This document shows positions 62,621-64,000 of a stretch of 64,000 nt of DNA, in pieces. The notes under the pieces were generated by a model. That model did no database searches. It was not told the DNA's origin and worked only from the letters and a program-made list of their open reading frames with translations. The stretch's first letter is position 1, and every line of letters starts with the position of its first letter. Origin of the DNA: Raillietiella orientalis. Its lineage: Eukaryota. The stretch is from the NCBI GenBank assembly GCA_036172245.1, contig JAYWIR010000020.1:248001-312000 (forward strand), in the 5' to 3' direction. The translations under genes and the position numbers were made by a program.

Positions 62621-64000
62621 ATGGATACGGCCGTAAATGTTGAGGAACCTATTAATGGAAGTCATATCAATGGCAATAACAGTATATGCGAAGATGAACA
62701 AACTGCAACCCGTACGGAAGTTTCAGGAAAGGGTACATGCTACTGGTAAGACGATTTTTTAGTGCGATAAGTATTGAATGTCTTTCAGTGGTAAAGAACG
62801 TAATTTGAATGCTGCTGAGCTCATGTGTAGTACCTGTGAATGCTGGTTTCATGAAAGCTGCATAACTTTGCAACTGAATCGTTTAATCCCATTCCTATTT
62901 AATTATCATTTCACTTGCAAAAACTGTAGCCCTACAGGGTTGGAAACCTTTAGGAAAAATCCTGCCCGTATGCATATTGTATTTTTTCTTATTGTTGACT
63001 GTGTGCAGAGTTCACTCATATGTGCATCACTGCTTTGGCCAACTTGACTCAGCAAAGTATTAAAGAAGGGCGGCCTCGCAGATTCTTTTCTCGTAGTCAG
63101 GAAATCATTCCTTTCATTGATGATCATTGGGATTGCCTCAGTACTACAGGCCGGAGAGTCACACAAACTTGGCATGCTACTGTAGGTCTTTGAAGGAGTC
63201 ATATATGGTGTCTTCATCATTGTTTAGATTGCTAAAGTACTCACAAAAGATGGCACTATGCTATTTGAAGCTGAAGAAATTTCTGACTCAGATGCTGGGT
63301 TTCCTCGTTATGCCCTGCGGAACATGGATTTAGCTTCAATTAGACCTGTTGTTGAAGGTGAGGATGATGGTATCATTATTTTGGTGTTAACAAGAGTCTA
63401 GGAGTATTACAGATTAGAGGTAGAGGGTCCAAGAGACGTCCTTGGGAGCATGGTGGTCCAGGTCGAAAAATGGCTAAAGGGGAACCCAACTTGATAAAGC
63501 TACCTGCACATGGGTATCCTCTAGAGCATCCCTTCAACAAAGATGGTTACCGATATATTTTAGCTGAGCCTGATCCTCATGCTCCCTTTCGGTAAAAAAA
63601 ACAAAAACAAAACAAAGAAACATAAAAAGATGTTTTAACAAAACTAGTCAAGAGTTTGATGAAAATTCTGACTGGGCAGGAAAACCTATTCCTGGTTGGT
63701 TATATCGAGCTCTTAGTCCTTCTGCAGTGTTGTTAGCACTCCATGACCGAGCACCCCAACTGAAAGTTGCAGAAGATCGCTTGATGGTGACTGGAGACAA
63801 AGGATATTGCCAAATTCGAGCCAATCTTGGTAAGTTGTTCAATTAATGTGATGTTCCATTTTGTCATAGGAGTTACAGAAGGATCATGGTACTGGGAGTG
63901 TACATTAGTGGAAGTTGCAGAAGGATCAGCAGCACGGCTAGGGTTTGGTCAAGAATTTGCTAATCTGCAGGCTCCACTTGGGTTTGATCGCTTTGGCTAT
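62621..64000 (+). CDS. ASH2L: Set1/COMPASS H3K4 methyltransferase subunit ASH2, multi-exon, truncated by the window end
   Basis: [27 protein letters not shown]...NYHFTCKNC (atypical PHD); [18 protein letters not shown] (winged helix); [75 protein letters not shown] (SPRY). Short in-phase GT-AG introns. Confidence 0.97.

Overview
Eukaryotic (invertebrate animal, nematode-like by inference from very short GT-AG introns and TTTCAG/TTTTAG acceptors) genomic DNA with two compartments. The right part (~46.5-64 kb) is AT-rich and holds conserved, intron-rich genes: NTMT1 and XPR1 (minus strand, about 300 nt apart, operon-like), an unknown helical/coiled-coil gene, and ASH2L (plus strand, runs off the window). 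The left ~41 kb is visibly more GC-rich and full of decayed non-LTR retrotransposons, mostly one L1/Tx1-like family, plus a pogo/Tigger relic. Intact genes sit among this debris. The main one is a cluster of three intronless, divergent barrier-to-autointegration factor (BAF)-like genes (6.6-10.8 kb) that share a conserved C-terminal extension of identical length that canonical BAF lacks. There is also a probable spliced gene joining an RIIa dimerization/docking exon to a ~880-codon low-complexity exon. All homology calls are by-eye comparisons with remembered reference sequences; no searches were run.
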